Positions 19,164-27,960 of a DNA stretch of 64,000 bases are shown here, piece by piece (the stretch's first letter is position 1; each line of letters starts with the position of its first letter). Origin of the DNA: Gemmatimonadota bacterium (lineage in GTDB: Bacteria > JAAXHH01). The notes under the pieces were generated by a model. That model saw nothing but the letters and a program-made list of their open reading frames with translations, ran no database searches and was not told the origin of the DNA. The stretch covers positions 3,292-67,291 of the forward strand of contig VXWP01000080.1 of the NCBI GenBank assembly GCA_009835325.1, in the 5' to 3' direction. A program made the translations under genes and the position numbers.

Positions 19164-19979
19164 ATGTTCCGGTTCTTCTACATTCTCTACCACCATCGCC
19201 AGTACACCGCTTTCGCCCTCGCCATGATCATCTCGATCCTGCTGCTTACGGCGGCCCCTCAGCGGCAGATCGGAATCACGCGTGTCGTCTGGCTGATGGT
19301 ACTGACGCCGTTCCAGGAAGCGTTCTCTTTCATTCCTTCCTATTTCAATCTCAAATCCGAGAACCAGCTACTGCGCCAGAAACTCGTCCAGTGGCAGTTG
19401 CAGGCGGCCGACCTCGAGGAGCGCAGATTCGAGAACGAGCGGCTGCGCGGGCTGCTCAGCCTGAAAGAGAAAAACAGATACACCTATGTGCCCGCAGAAG
19501 TCATTGGCTGGAACACGGACCAGAGATTGAACACTATCGTCATCGATGTGGGCCGTTCCGAGCAGATTCGGAAGTACATGACCGTAGTCATGGAGGACGG
19601 CGTTCTCGGAAGAATCATCGAAGTCGGTCTGACTTCGTCCTACGTTCAGCTGCTGACCGACAGGAACTGCCGTATAAGCGGTCTGGTCCAGCGAAGCCGG
19701 GAACATGGGATCATCCGGTATGTAAATGACGCGTTGTACATGGAGTTGCCCCTTCGGGCCGACGTCCGCATTGGCGACCGCGTGGTGACGTCGGGACTGG
19801 GGGAGACCTTTCCGTCCGGATTGCCTGTAGGCAGCATCGGCCAGATCACGCTGGACAGCCGGCAATTGTTCAAACAGGTTTCGATTACACCCGCGGTGGA
19901 ACTCAATCGCCTGGAGGAGGTGTTCGTGATCGCGGGTGAGGAAACGCCTGCCGCGGTAGATTCGCTTCTGGTCCAGTGA
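19164..19979 (+). CDS. mreC: Rod shape-determining protein MreC
   Basis: N-terminal TM, coiled coil, C-terminal MreC beta domain (VVTSGLGETFPSGLPVG); immediately downstream of mreB. Confidence 0.8.
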   Translation: MFRFFYILYHHRQYTAFALAMIISILLLTAAPQRQIGITRVVWLMVLTPFQEAFSFIPSYFNLKSENQLLRQKLVQWQLQAADLEERRFENERLRGLLSLKEKNRYTYVPAEVIGWNTDQRLNTIVIDVGRSEQIRKYMTVVMEDGVLGRIIEVGLTSSYVQLLTDRNCRISGLVQRSREHGIIRYVNDALYMELPLRADVRIGDRVVTSGLGETFPSGLPVGSIGQITLDSRQLFKQVSITPAVELNRLEEVFVIAGEETPAAVDSLLVQ

Positions 19980-20019
19980 CTTCGGCAAATCCAGGCCGGT
20001 TACATGATCCGGTTTTTCC

Positions 20020-20520
20020 ATGCGCCTAAAACACGTTATCCTGCTGTTCCTGGCGTTTGTCGTCGACAGCACCTGGGGACACGAGATCGCCATTTGGGGA
20101 ATCCGTCCCGATTTCGTAATGATCATGCTGATCTACAGCGCGATGGAATCGGGAGCTTTCGCGGGGACCATCCTGGGCTTCAGCGTCGGGTTGCTGGAGG
20201 ATTTCAACGGCTCGCCTGAGCACCTGGGACTCAATGCCTTGTGCAATACGCTGGTCGCATACGGTGTGGGCATCGCCGGAAACACGCTTTACCGGGACAG
20301 CCTCTCCACCCTGTTGCTCACGCTGCTGGCCGCCGGCTTCGTCCATTCCGCCATTTACTGGCTGGTGTTTACCCGGTTGCAACTGGCCGAATCGGTGTAC
20401 ATGCTGGGAACGGTTTCGCTGCCCACGTTGCTCTACACGATCTCCATGGCGTTTTTACTGATCGTCGGATTGACCTTTCGACAGGGACAGTTCAATGTCC
20501 GTTGGCTTTTCCCAGAATGA
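20020..20520 (+). CDS. mreD: Rod shape-determining protein MreD
   Basis: 166-aa polytopic membrane protein between mreC and mrdA. Confidence 0.7.
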   Translation: MRLKHVILLFLAFVVDSTWGHEIAIWGIRPDFVMIMLIYSAMESGAFAGTILGFSVGLLEDFNGSPEHLGLNALCNTLVAYGVGIAGNTLYRDSLSTLLLTLLAAGFVHSAIYWLVFTRLQLAESVYMLGTVSLPTLLYTISMAFLLIVGLTFRQGQFNVRWLFPE

Positions 20521-22315
20521 CAGCCCCACCCACAGGGGCCAGTTGTACCTGTTCATCGGCATCGTGACCGCGCTCTTTCTCTTGCTGGCCGTTCGTCTGT
20601 TCTATTTCCAGGTCATTTCGGGCGAGGAGTACCGGGCGCATTCGGAACGGAACCGGATACGGCCGGTCGTGATCGAGGCGCTGCGAGGCCTGATCATGGA
20701 CCGCAACGGGGTCGTCCTGGCGGAAAACAGGCCGTCCTACACCATCGCCGCCGCCCCTTTCGAGACTTCTGACGAGACCGTGGACTACCTGGGGGAACTC
20801 ACCGGACGGGAAGCCCGGGCCATTCGAATGCGTATCCGCGATCCGTCGGTGAACAGGTTCAATCCCCTGCCGGTCCAGCGGAACGTGTCCTATGAAATCG
20901 CGTGCCGGGTCGAAGAACACCTTCCGGACCTGCCCGGCGTACTCGTTCAGATCACCCCCGGACGGATGTACGGCACGGGCACGCTGGCAAGCCACGTGCT
21001 GGGTTACGTTTCCGAGATCAACCAACAGGAACTGGAGGAACTGGGCGAAGAAGGCTATCGATCCGGTGACATCATCGGGAAAATGGGGGTGGAAAAGGCC
21101 TTCGAGCATCACCTCCGCGGCCAGAACGGCCTGGAGTTCATGGAAGTGAACGCACGCGGCCAGGAACTCGGACCGTTGCCCGGCATGCCGGCCCTTCTGC
21201 CGGAGTCGGGTAACAATGTCTACCTGACACTGGACACCCGTATTCAGGCCGTTGCCGAAGAGGCGATTCCCGACAGCCTTGCCGGCGCGCTGGTGGCGGT
21301 GGATCCCATGACGGGCGCGGTCATCGCGATCGTCAGCAGGCCCGGATTCGACCCGAACCTGTTTACGGAGCGGATTCCCCAGGAAACGTGGGATTCGCTT
21401 GCAAACCATCCCATGAAGCCCCTGTTGGACCGGACCCTGGACGGGCAGTATCCACCGGCTTCCACGATGAAGATCGTGACGGCCTCCGCCGCGCTTGAGG
21501 AGCGTCTGGTCACGCCATCCACGCTCTTCCGTGCCTGCAATCGAGGTTACCAGTTCGGGAACCGCTGGGCCGGGTGCTGGACCAGCGGTCACGGTTCCAT
21601 GGCGTTCAGGGACGCCATGACCCATTCCTGCGACGTCTATTTCTACCAGGTGGGACACCTGATGGGCCTGGAACGCTGGGGGCGGTACGCCCGGGGCTTT
21701 GGCCTGGGAACCCCGACCGGCTACGACGCCGGTGTCGAACAGGGCGGCCTGGTTCCGGACACGGACTACTACGATCCGGCGGAGAACAGAATGTGGACGC
21801 CCGGAAAGATCCTGAACCTGGCGATCGGTCAGGGTGAACTGCTCGTCACGCCGCTGCAGATGGCGATGTTGACCGCCGCGGTGGCGAATGGAGGCGAGCT
21901 CTACCGGCCCTATATCCTCGACCGGGTGGAGTCGGCCGGCGGAGAAACGGTGGAGACCGGTGAACCGAGCATCAGGGACGCGCTGCCCGTTTCCCCGGAG
22001 ACGCTGCGCCTGATCCGGGAATCCATGGTTAACGTGGTCAACGAAGGGACCGCACGGTCGGCGCGCCTGTCCTACGCACAACTGGCGGGCAAGACGGGCA
22101 CGGCCGAAAACCCGCACGGCGAGAGTCATTCCTGGTTTGTCGCCTATGCTCCGGCTGAATCACCGCGTATCGCCGTCGCGGCAATCATGGAGAACGCTCC
22201 TTCGGGTGCTGCCGTGCCGGTCGTACGGCGGGTTGTCGACACCTGGCTTTCGCTCGAACCGATACCGGTCGCCGGCCTGATCGACGCCGGTTACACGGAA
22301 GATACCGCGCCTTAA
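20495..22315 (+). CDS. mrdA: Peptidoglycan D,D-transpeptidase MrdA (PBP2)
   Basis: Class B PBP motifs STMK, SCD, KTGTA; overlaps mreD by 26 nt; followed by rodA. Confidence 0.9.
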   Translation: MSVGFSQNDSPTHRGQLYLFIGIVTALFLLLAVRLFYFQVISGEEYRAHSERNRIRPVVIEALRGLIMDRNGVVLAENRPSYTIAAAPFETSDETVDYLGELTGREARAIRMRIRDPSVNRFNPLPVQRNVSYEIACRVEEHLPDLPGVLVQITPGRMYGTGTLASHVLGYVSEINQQELEELGEEGYRSGDIIGKMGVEKAFEHHLRGQNGLEFMEVNARGQELGPLPGMPALLPESGNNVYLTLDTRIQAVAEEAIPDSLAGALVAVDPMTGAVIAIVSRPGFDPNLFTERIPQETWDSLANHPMKPLLDRTLDGQYPPASTMKIVTASAALEERLVTPSTLFRACNRGYQFGNRWAGCWTSGHGSMAFRDAMTHSCDVYFYQVGHLMGLERWGRYARGFGLGTPTGYDAGVEQGGLVPDTDYYDPAENRMWTPGKILNLAIGQGELLVTPLQMAMLTAAVANGGELYRPYILDRVESAGGETVETGEPSIRDALPVSPETLRLIRESMVNVVNEGTARSARLSYAQLAGKTGTAENPHGESHSWFVAYAPAESPRIAVAAIMENAPSGAAVPVVRRVVDTWLSLEPIPVAGLIDAGYTEDTAP

Positions 22316-22341
22316 CGCCCGGGGAAAACGCCTGAAAGACC

Positions 22342-23559
22342 ATGGAAACCCATTTAAGCCGCACGCTCGTCATCATCTCCATCCTGCTGTCCGTGATCGG
22401 CATCATCGTGATCTACAGCGCCACACGGGACGAGACCGGCCTGGGCACGTCCCGTTACATGCTGCAGTCCATGTGGTTCGTGGCCGGGATCGGGGTGATG
22501 TACATCACGTCGGTGCTGCCCATTCGTTTCCTCCAGGCCATCACCATCCCCGTATTCGTCGTGGTGATGATCCTGCTGGTCGTTGTACTGGCCTCCGAAA
22601 CCGTCAAGGGGTCCAGCCGGTGGATCAGACTCGGCTTCATCGGCATTCAACCTTCCGAACTGGCGAAGATCGCCGTCATCATGGCGCTCGCACAGTATCT
22701 TTCCCAGTTGCGGACCAACATACACCGGCCCTCGGTCATGGCCACCTGCGGCGTGATCGTGGCGCTGCCCGTTTTCCTTATCCTGTCCCAGCCCGACCTG
22801 GGCACCTCCATCGTCTTCGGGGCGATCTTCTGCGGCGTGCTGCTCTGGGCGGGGTTGAGCGTCCTCCAGCTGCTGCTCATGGTATCCCCGCTGATCGGCG
22901 TCGTGATCGGCGTCGTGAGCGGGTTCGACTGGGTCATCTGGTCCGTATTCATACTGATCGTGGCGGGCATCATGTACCTGAAGTGGCCGCCTCGGTTCGT
23001 CACCATATTCCTCACCGTCACGCACCTGGCCGTGGGCCTGGGAGCGGAGCCCCTGTGGGATTCGCTTCACGACTACCAGCAACAACGCGTCGAGACCTTT
23101 CTGAATCCCCAGGTCGATCCGAAGGGCGCGGGATACCAGATCATCCAGTCCAAGATCGCCATCGGATCGGGCGGATTGCTCGGCCGCGGGTTTCTGCAGG
23201 GGTCCCAGACCAGCCTTGCGTTCCTGCCCGAGCAGCACACGGATTTCATCTTCTCGGTCATCGCCGAGGAATTCGGGTTCATCGGCTCGATGGCCGTCCT
23301 CATCCTCTGCTACGTATTCATACTCATCGGGATCTATATCGCGATGAACGTCAAGAGCCGGTACCAGAGCCTGCTAGCGGCCGGCTGCGTATCCGTCTTC
23401 ATTTTTCACGTGATCATGAACGTGGGGATGGCCGTCGGTGTGCTGCCGATCGCCGGCGTACCCCTGCCCTTTCTTAGCTACGGCGGCTCTTTTCTGATGA
23501 CCAGCCTGATCCTGTGCGGCCTGCTGTTGAACGTATGGCGCCATCGATTTGACTACTGA
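22342..23559 (+). CDS. rodA: Peptidoglycan glycosyltransferase RodA (SEDS)
   Basis: SEDS signature (PEQHTDFIFSVIAEEFG; GVPLPFLSYGGS); partner of mrdA. Confidence 0.9.
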   Translation: METHLSRTLVIISILLSVIGIIVIYSATRDETGLGTSRYMLQSMWFVAGIGVMYITSVLPIRFLQAITIPVFVVVMILLVVVLASETVKGSSRWIRLGFIGIQPSELAKIAVIMALAQYLSQLRTNIHRPSVMATCGVIVALPVFLILSQPDLGTSIVFGAIFCGVLLWAGLSVLQLLLMVSPLIGVVIGVVSGFDWVIWSVFILIVAGIMYLKWPPRFVTIFLTVTHLAVGLGAEPLWDSLHDYQQQRVETFLNPQVDPKGAGYQIIQSKIAIGSGGLLGRGFLQGSQTSLAFLPEQHTDFIFSVIAEEFGFIGSMAVLILCYVFILIGIYIAMNVKSRYQSLLAAGCVSVFIFHVIMNVGMAVGVLPIAGVPLPFLSYGGSFLMTSLILCGLLLNVWRHRFDY

Positions 23560-23609
23560 ATGTTGTTTCACGCCTGAATGCCGGCTAACGCCGCGAACGA
23601 GGAAAGTCC

Positions 23610-24443
23610 ATGTATCCCATCCTTTTTGAGATCGGTCCGTTCACCGTACGCACCTATGGCCTGTTGCTGGCCGTTTCATTCATCGCGGGGATTCTACTGG
23701 CACTGAGGCGTTCCAGGGCGCGCGGCCTGAACCAGAACCAGATGATCAACATGAGCCTGCTCATCATGCTCGCGGGTATCGTCGGCGCCAGGATCATGTA
23801 CGTCATACCTCACTGGAACGAGTTCAGCGCGAACCCGCTCGACATCATCAGTCCCTTTCAGAGCTCCGGTTCGATCGGCCTGACCGGCCTGACCATGTAC
23901 GGCGGGTTCATCGCGGCGGTCCTGGTTTCCATCCTCTACCTGCGGGTGAACCGGTTGTCCATCTGGAAGGCCTGCGACGCCTTTGCGCCGAGTATCGCGC
24001 TCGGCATCGGCATAAGCCGCGTCGGCTGTTTCATGAACGGCTGCTGTTTCGGACTGCCCACCGAGTCCGCCCTGGGCGTTGTCTTCCCGGCATTCAGCGC
24101 TGCGGGTTCGTTCTACCCGGACGTAGCCCTGCATCCCGCACAACTTTACAACGCGGTGCTGGGCTTTGGTCTTTTCGGCCTGTTGATGTGGCTGGACCGC
24201 AAGCCGAGATACGACGGATTCCTCTTCGCCGTGCTGCTGATCGCCGAACCCGTCACCCGGTTCTTCGTCGATCTTTTCAGGTACTATGAATCGAGCATGA
24301 CCCTGGGCAGCCTGGGTGGAATGGCCCTGTCCGTAAACCAGGGGATCAGCCTCGTGCTGATCGGCCTGGGACTCCTCCTCCTGGGATGGACGAGGAACCG
24401 TGCGCGGCAACGCTCGTCGCGAAGCCGGTCCCGTCGCGGGTAG
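23610..24443 (+). CDS. lgt: Prolipoprotein diacylglyceryl transferase
   Basis: MYPILFEIGPFTVRTYG N-terminus, polytopic, conserved Lgt signature region. Confidence 0.85.
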   Translation: MYPILFEIGPFTVRTYGLLLAVSFIAGILLALRRSRARGLNQNQMINMSLLIMLAGIVGARIMYVIPHWNEFSANPLDIISPFQSSGSIGLTGLTMYGGFIAAVLVSILYLRVNRLSIWKACDAFAPSIALGIGISRVGCFMNGCCFGLPTESALGVVFPAFSAAGSFYPDVALHPAQLYNAVLGFGLFGLLMWLDRKPRYDGFLFAVLLIAEPVTRFFVDLFRYYESSMTLGSLGGMALSVNQGISLVLIGLGLLLLGWTRNRARQRSSRSRSRRG

Positions 24444-24444
24444 C

Positions 24445-24504
24445 GGTTCTTTACGCGGCGGTTTACGCGGCGGCCGTGCCGCTCGTATTGGTTCTTTACG
24501 CGGC
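24445..24504 (+). repeat. Intergenic direct repeats downstream of lgt
   Basis: GGTTCTTTACGCGGC at 24445-24459 and 24490-24504, plus a GTTTACGCGGCGG variant at 24461-24473. A weak GC hairpin followed by a T-rich stretch may act as a terminator. Confidence 0.5.
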
Positions 24505-24714
24505 AGCCGCGCCGATGCAGGCCGTACGATTCCGGTCCCTACGCGCTTAAAATCCGAGCATAACCCCGACTGTTCATACTGATAACAGGTAAGGACTTCC
24601 GGACTGCGGCATGGTCCGGTCCGACCGGTTCGACGGGTCCGGGGGTTTCAATGCGCGCCCGCTCGCGGGTGTCGATCGTTCATATCATGGTACGAGCCGG
24701 TCTGAAAGAGACCT

Positions 24715-25443
24715 ATGGCCCTGTTTGCCCATACGTTGCGTACGGCTGGCCGAACGGCCCTGGACATGGTCTATCCCCCGTGCTGCGTCCTTTGCAAGGT
24801 CCGGATCTTCGACGAACGGCGCGCCGTCTGCGAAGATTGCGGAGCGGGACTGCTTTCGATCGAAGCGCCGTACTGCGAACGATGCGGCCAACCACTGCAC
24901 ACCCAGGTGGCCTCCTGTCCGGCCTGCACGGGCCGCACATTCTATTTCGAAGGCGCGTTTTCCCCGTTCGTATTCAACCGGCCGCTTCAGGATCTCATCC
25001 ACCTGCTCAAGTACCGGAACCGCCCCGGGATCGGGCGGTTCCTGGGATCCCTGCTGGCAAAAAGGGTTGAACAGGAACCGGGGATACCACATATTACGGG
25101 CGTTTTGCCCGTGCCCCTGCATCCGCTCAGAAGGCGGGAAAGGGGCTACAACCAGAGCGCGTGCATCGCCCGGGGCATATCGGACGTAACGGGCATTCCG
25201 GTGCTGGAAAACGTGCTTGGGCGTAACCGGAACACACCGACGCAGACCTCGCTGAGTCCCGAAGCGCGGATGGCCAACGTCGAAGGGGTGTTCGAAGTGG
25301 CCCGGCCCGATGTGGTGCACGGCGCCACGGTATCGCTGGTCGACGACATATTCACTACGGGGGCAACGATAAACAGCTGTGCCCGGACCCTGCTCCAGGC
25401 AGGAGCCGGAAGAGTGTTCGCCCTGACCGTCGCGCGCGCCTGA
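24715..25443 (+). CDS. ComF family protein (phosphoribosyltransferase domain)
   Basis: N-terminal Cys-rich zinc-finger-like motifs (CCVLC ... CEDC ... CERCG ... CPAC) and C-terminal PRTase motif (VSLVDDIFTTGATI). Confidence 0.75.
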   Translation: MALFAHTLRTAGRTALDMVYPPCCVLCKVRIFDERRAVCEDCGAGLLSIEAPYCERCGQPLHTQVASCPACTGRTFYFEGAFSPFVFNRPLQDLIHLLKYRNRPGIGRFLGSLLAKRVEQEPGIPHITGVLPVPLHPLRRRERGYNQSACIARGISDVTGIPVLENVLGRNRNTPTQTSLSPEARMANVEGVFEVARPDVVHGATVSLVDDIFTTGATINSCARTLLQAGAGRVFALTVARA

Positions 25444-25520
25444 GTACCTCCGAATCACCGCCGGCGCCGCGGGCAACCCGGCCCCTTCGTATCACCTGCA
25501 TGCGGGAGAGAAGACTTCAA

Positions 25521-26552
25521 ATGCATATCGGTATCCTGACGGGCGGCGGCGATTGCCCGGGTTTGAACGCCGCGATCCGGGCGGTGACCAGGCGCTCGAT
25601 CAAGTCCTATGGCTCGACGGTCCTGGGCATACGCAATGGATGGGCCGGACTGATCAACAACGATACCAGTCCGCTCAGCCTGGTCTCCGTATCCGGCATA
25701 CTGCACCGGGGCGGAACCATCCTGGGCACCTCCAGGACCAACCCGATGAAGGACGAAGGCAACATCGACCGGATCAAGGAGAACGTCCGGGATCTGGGCC
25801 TGGACGCGGTCGTCGCCATCGGCGGCGAGGACACCCTGGGTGCCGCGGCCGCGCTGAACGAAGCCGGCATTCCCATGGTGGGCCTGCCGAAGACGATCGA
25901 CAATGACATCGTCGGGACGGACATGACCTTCGGCTTCGACACGGCGGTCACGATCGCCACTGACGCCATCGACCGGCTCCATACCACCGCGGAGTCCCAC
26001 CACCGGGTGATGGTCATCGAGGTGATGGGCCGGCATACGGGGTGGATCGCCATCAAGTCGGGTATCGCCGGAGGGGCGGACTGCATCCTGATTCCCGAGG
26101 TCCCCATGGACCTGGACGAGGTCTGCGCGCTCGTCCAGCAGCGCATCGACCGGGGCAAGACGTTCAGCCTCGTCGTGGTCGCCGAAGGTTTCACCATGAA
26201 GGACACTCCGGGCCAGGTGACCCAGGATGATCAGGTCGATGAATTCGGTCACGTGCGGCTGGGCGGTATCGGAGAAGTGGTCGGCGCCGAGATCGAACGA
26301 CGGGCGGGCATAGAAACCAGGGTGACCATCCTGGGATACATTCAGCGCGGCGGTTCGCCCACGCCCTACGACCGCGTCCTGGCGACGCGGTACGGCGTGA
26401 CCGCGGCCGACCTGGTGCACGACGGGGATTTCGGCAAGATGGTGGCGTTGAAGGGCTCGAGGATCGAGAGCGTGCCGCTGTCCGAAGTGACCGGCCGGAT
26501 CCGCACGGTCGACATGGAACTCTATGACATTGCTCAGGTATTCTTCGGTTAG
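25521..26552 (+). CDS. pfk: 6-phosphofructokinase, probably pyrophosphate-dependent
   Basis: GGDCPGLNAAIR. GGED and PKTIDNDI place Asp/Lys at the positions of E. coli Gly104/Gly124, the PPi-PFK signature. An alternative start at 25500 adds 7 aa. Confidence 0.8.
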   Translation: MHIGILTGGGDCPGLNAAIRAVTRRSIKSYGSTVLGIRNGWAGLINNDTSPLSLVSVSGILHRGGTILGTSRTNPMKDEGNIDRIKENVRDLGLDAVVAIGGEDTLGAAAALNEAGIPMVGLPKTIDNDIVGTDMTFGFDTAVTIATDAIDRLHTTAESHHRVMVIEVMGRHTGWIAIKSGIAGGADCILIPEVPMDLDEVCALVQQRIDRGKTFSLVVVAEGFTMKDTPGQVTQDDQVDEFGHVRLGGIGEVVGAEIERRAGIETRVTILGYIQRGGSPTPYDRVLATRYGVTAADLVHDGDFGKMVALKGSRIESVPLSEVTGRIRTVDMELYDIAQVFFG

Positions 26553-26564
26553 CCTGTCAACGGA

Positions 26565-27356
26565 GTGGCTTTGAAAACGGCGGCGCGCCGGCTGATTATC
26601 GCCGGCAATTGGAAAATGCATACCGACCTGGTCGAAGGCGCTTCGCTGGTCGCCGAGGTGATGGAACGCACGGAATCGCTCGCCCTGGCCGCGGACCTGG
26701 TTTTGTGCCCGCCTTTCACCCATCTGACCGTGGCGGCCACGCAGCTTTCCGGCAGTTCCATCTCGCTGGGCGCCCAGCACATGCACGACGCCCCGGAAGG
26801 CGCGTACACGGGGGAAGTGTCGGCCAGAATGCTGTTGACTTCGGGGTGCAGGTACGTTATATTGGGGCACTCCGAAAGGCGGACTTATTTCGATGAAACG
26901 AACGCGTCCGTCAACGGCAAAGTGAGATCGGCGATTTCATCGGGTCTCACCCCGATCCTGTGCGTCGGCGAGACGCTGGAAGAGCGGGAAGCCGGCCGTA
27001 CCGAGGAGGTAGTCGGCGAACAGGTACGAGCGGGTCTTTCCGGTACGGATCCCGGGACGGCCGACGGTCTCGTCCTGGCTTACGAACCGGTCTGGGCGAT
27101 CGGGACCGGCAAGGTGGCTACTCCCGATCAGGCAGACCAGGTGCACGGTCACCTGAGGAAGGTGATCGCGGGGTTATTCGGCGACGACTTCGCCGGCCGG
27201 ATCCGGATTCAGTACGGAGGCAGCGTCAAACCTGAAAACGCGGGCGCGTTGATGAACCGGCCGCACATCGACGGAGCGCTCGTGGGTGGTGCCAGCCTGG
27301 ACGCCTCGTCATTCGAGGCTATCATCCGGGCCGGACTGGGCATCAAGGGCGGCTAG
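26565..27356 (+). CDS. tpiA: Triosephosphate isomerase
   Basis: IAGNWKMH, active-site AYEPVWAIGTG and GGSV motifs. Confidence 0.9.
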   Translation: MALKTAARRLIIAGNWKMHTDLVEGASLVAEVMERTESLALAADLVLCPPFTHLTVAATQLSGSSISLGAQHMHDAPEGAYTGEVSARMLLTSGCRYVILGHSERRTYFDETNASVNGKVRSAISSGLTPILCVGETLEEREAGRTEEVVGEQVRAGLSGTDPGTADGLVLAYEPVWAIGTGKVATPDQADQVHGHLRKVIAGLFGDDFAGRIRIQYGGSVKPENAGALMNRPHIDGALVGGASLDASSFEAIIRAGLGIKGG

Positions 27357-27400
27357 CAATACCTGACCGGACACCGGTCGCCAAGCGAAGGATACATACC

Positions 27401-27772
27401 GTGTTTACCACCGTGGTTGCAGTACATGTGCTGGTCTGTCTCGTTCTGATCCTGTCCGTCCTGTTGCAGTCGGGAAAGGGCGGCGGCCTGTCCAGCGCTT
27501 TCGGCGCGGGCGGACCCACCGGCGGCATGGCCGGCCAGATGTTCGGCGGCCGGGGCGCCGCGACTTTCCTGGGCAAGGTGACCACCGTGCTGGCGACGCT
27601 CTATATGCTGATTGTCATCGGCCTGAACCTGTTGCCCGACGATACGCAAGGCACGCGAAGCATCATCCGGGATGAAGCACTGAGAAACCAGCAGACGTCC
27701 CCTGCCCAGGGATTGCCCGACGCGGAATCGGGCCTGCCCCCCGCGCCCGGGGATCCAGGGTCCACGCCTTAA
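27401..27772 (+). CDS. secG: Preprotein translocase subunit SecG
   Basis: LLQSGKGGGLSSAFG signature; two TM segments; typical tpiA-secG adjacency. Confidence 0.8.
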   Translation: MFTTVVAVHVLVCLVLILSVLLQSGKGGGLSSAFGAGGPTGGMAGQMFGGRGAATFLGKVTTVLATLYMLIVIGLNLLPDDTQGTRSIIRDEALRNQQTSPAQGLPDAESGLPPAPGDPGSTP

Positions 27773-27820
27773 TCCATCGACCATTGTGAGGCGGTCCAGC
27801 CGCCGGCCGGTCGTCATGAC

Positions 27821-27904
27821 GCCGAAGTGGTGGAATTGGTAGACACGCTGTCTTGAGGGGGCAGTGGGAGAAATCCCGTCGCGGTTCGAATCCGCGCTTC
27901 GGCA
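27821..27904 (+). tRNA. tRNA-Leu (anticodon GAG)
   Basis: GCCGAAGTGGTGGAATTGGTAGACACG ... cloverleaf with long variable arm, anticodon loop TTGAGGG, T-loop TTCGAAT. CCA not encoded. Confidence 0.85.
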
Positions 27905-27960
27905 TCCTTTCCTTCATTTCAGTTGTACATCTCCGTCCTCGTGAATCCGGAGGGCGTCCC

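Noticed and set aside
24400-24582. 60-aa ORF spanning the lgt-comF intergenic repeats (MRGNARREAGPVAGSGSLRGG...).
   Set aside because: It is produced by translating the GC-rich direct repeats, overlaps the lgt 3' end, has no RBS and is low-complexity; treated as non-coding repeat DNA.
27853-27960. N-terminal extension of the SBP1 ORF (track start 27853).
   Set aside because: The extension runs through the tRNA-Leu gene (27821-27904). The real start is ATG 27961, which has a GGAGGG RBS and is followed immediately by a signal peptide.
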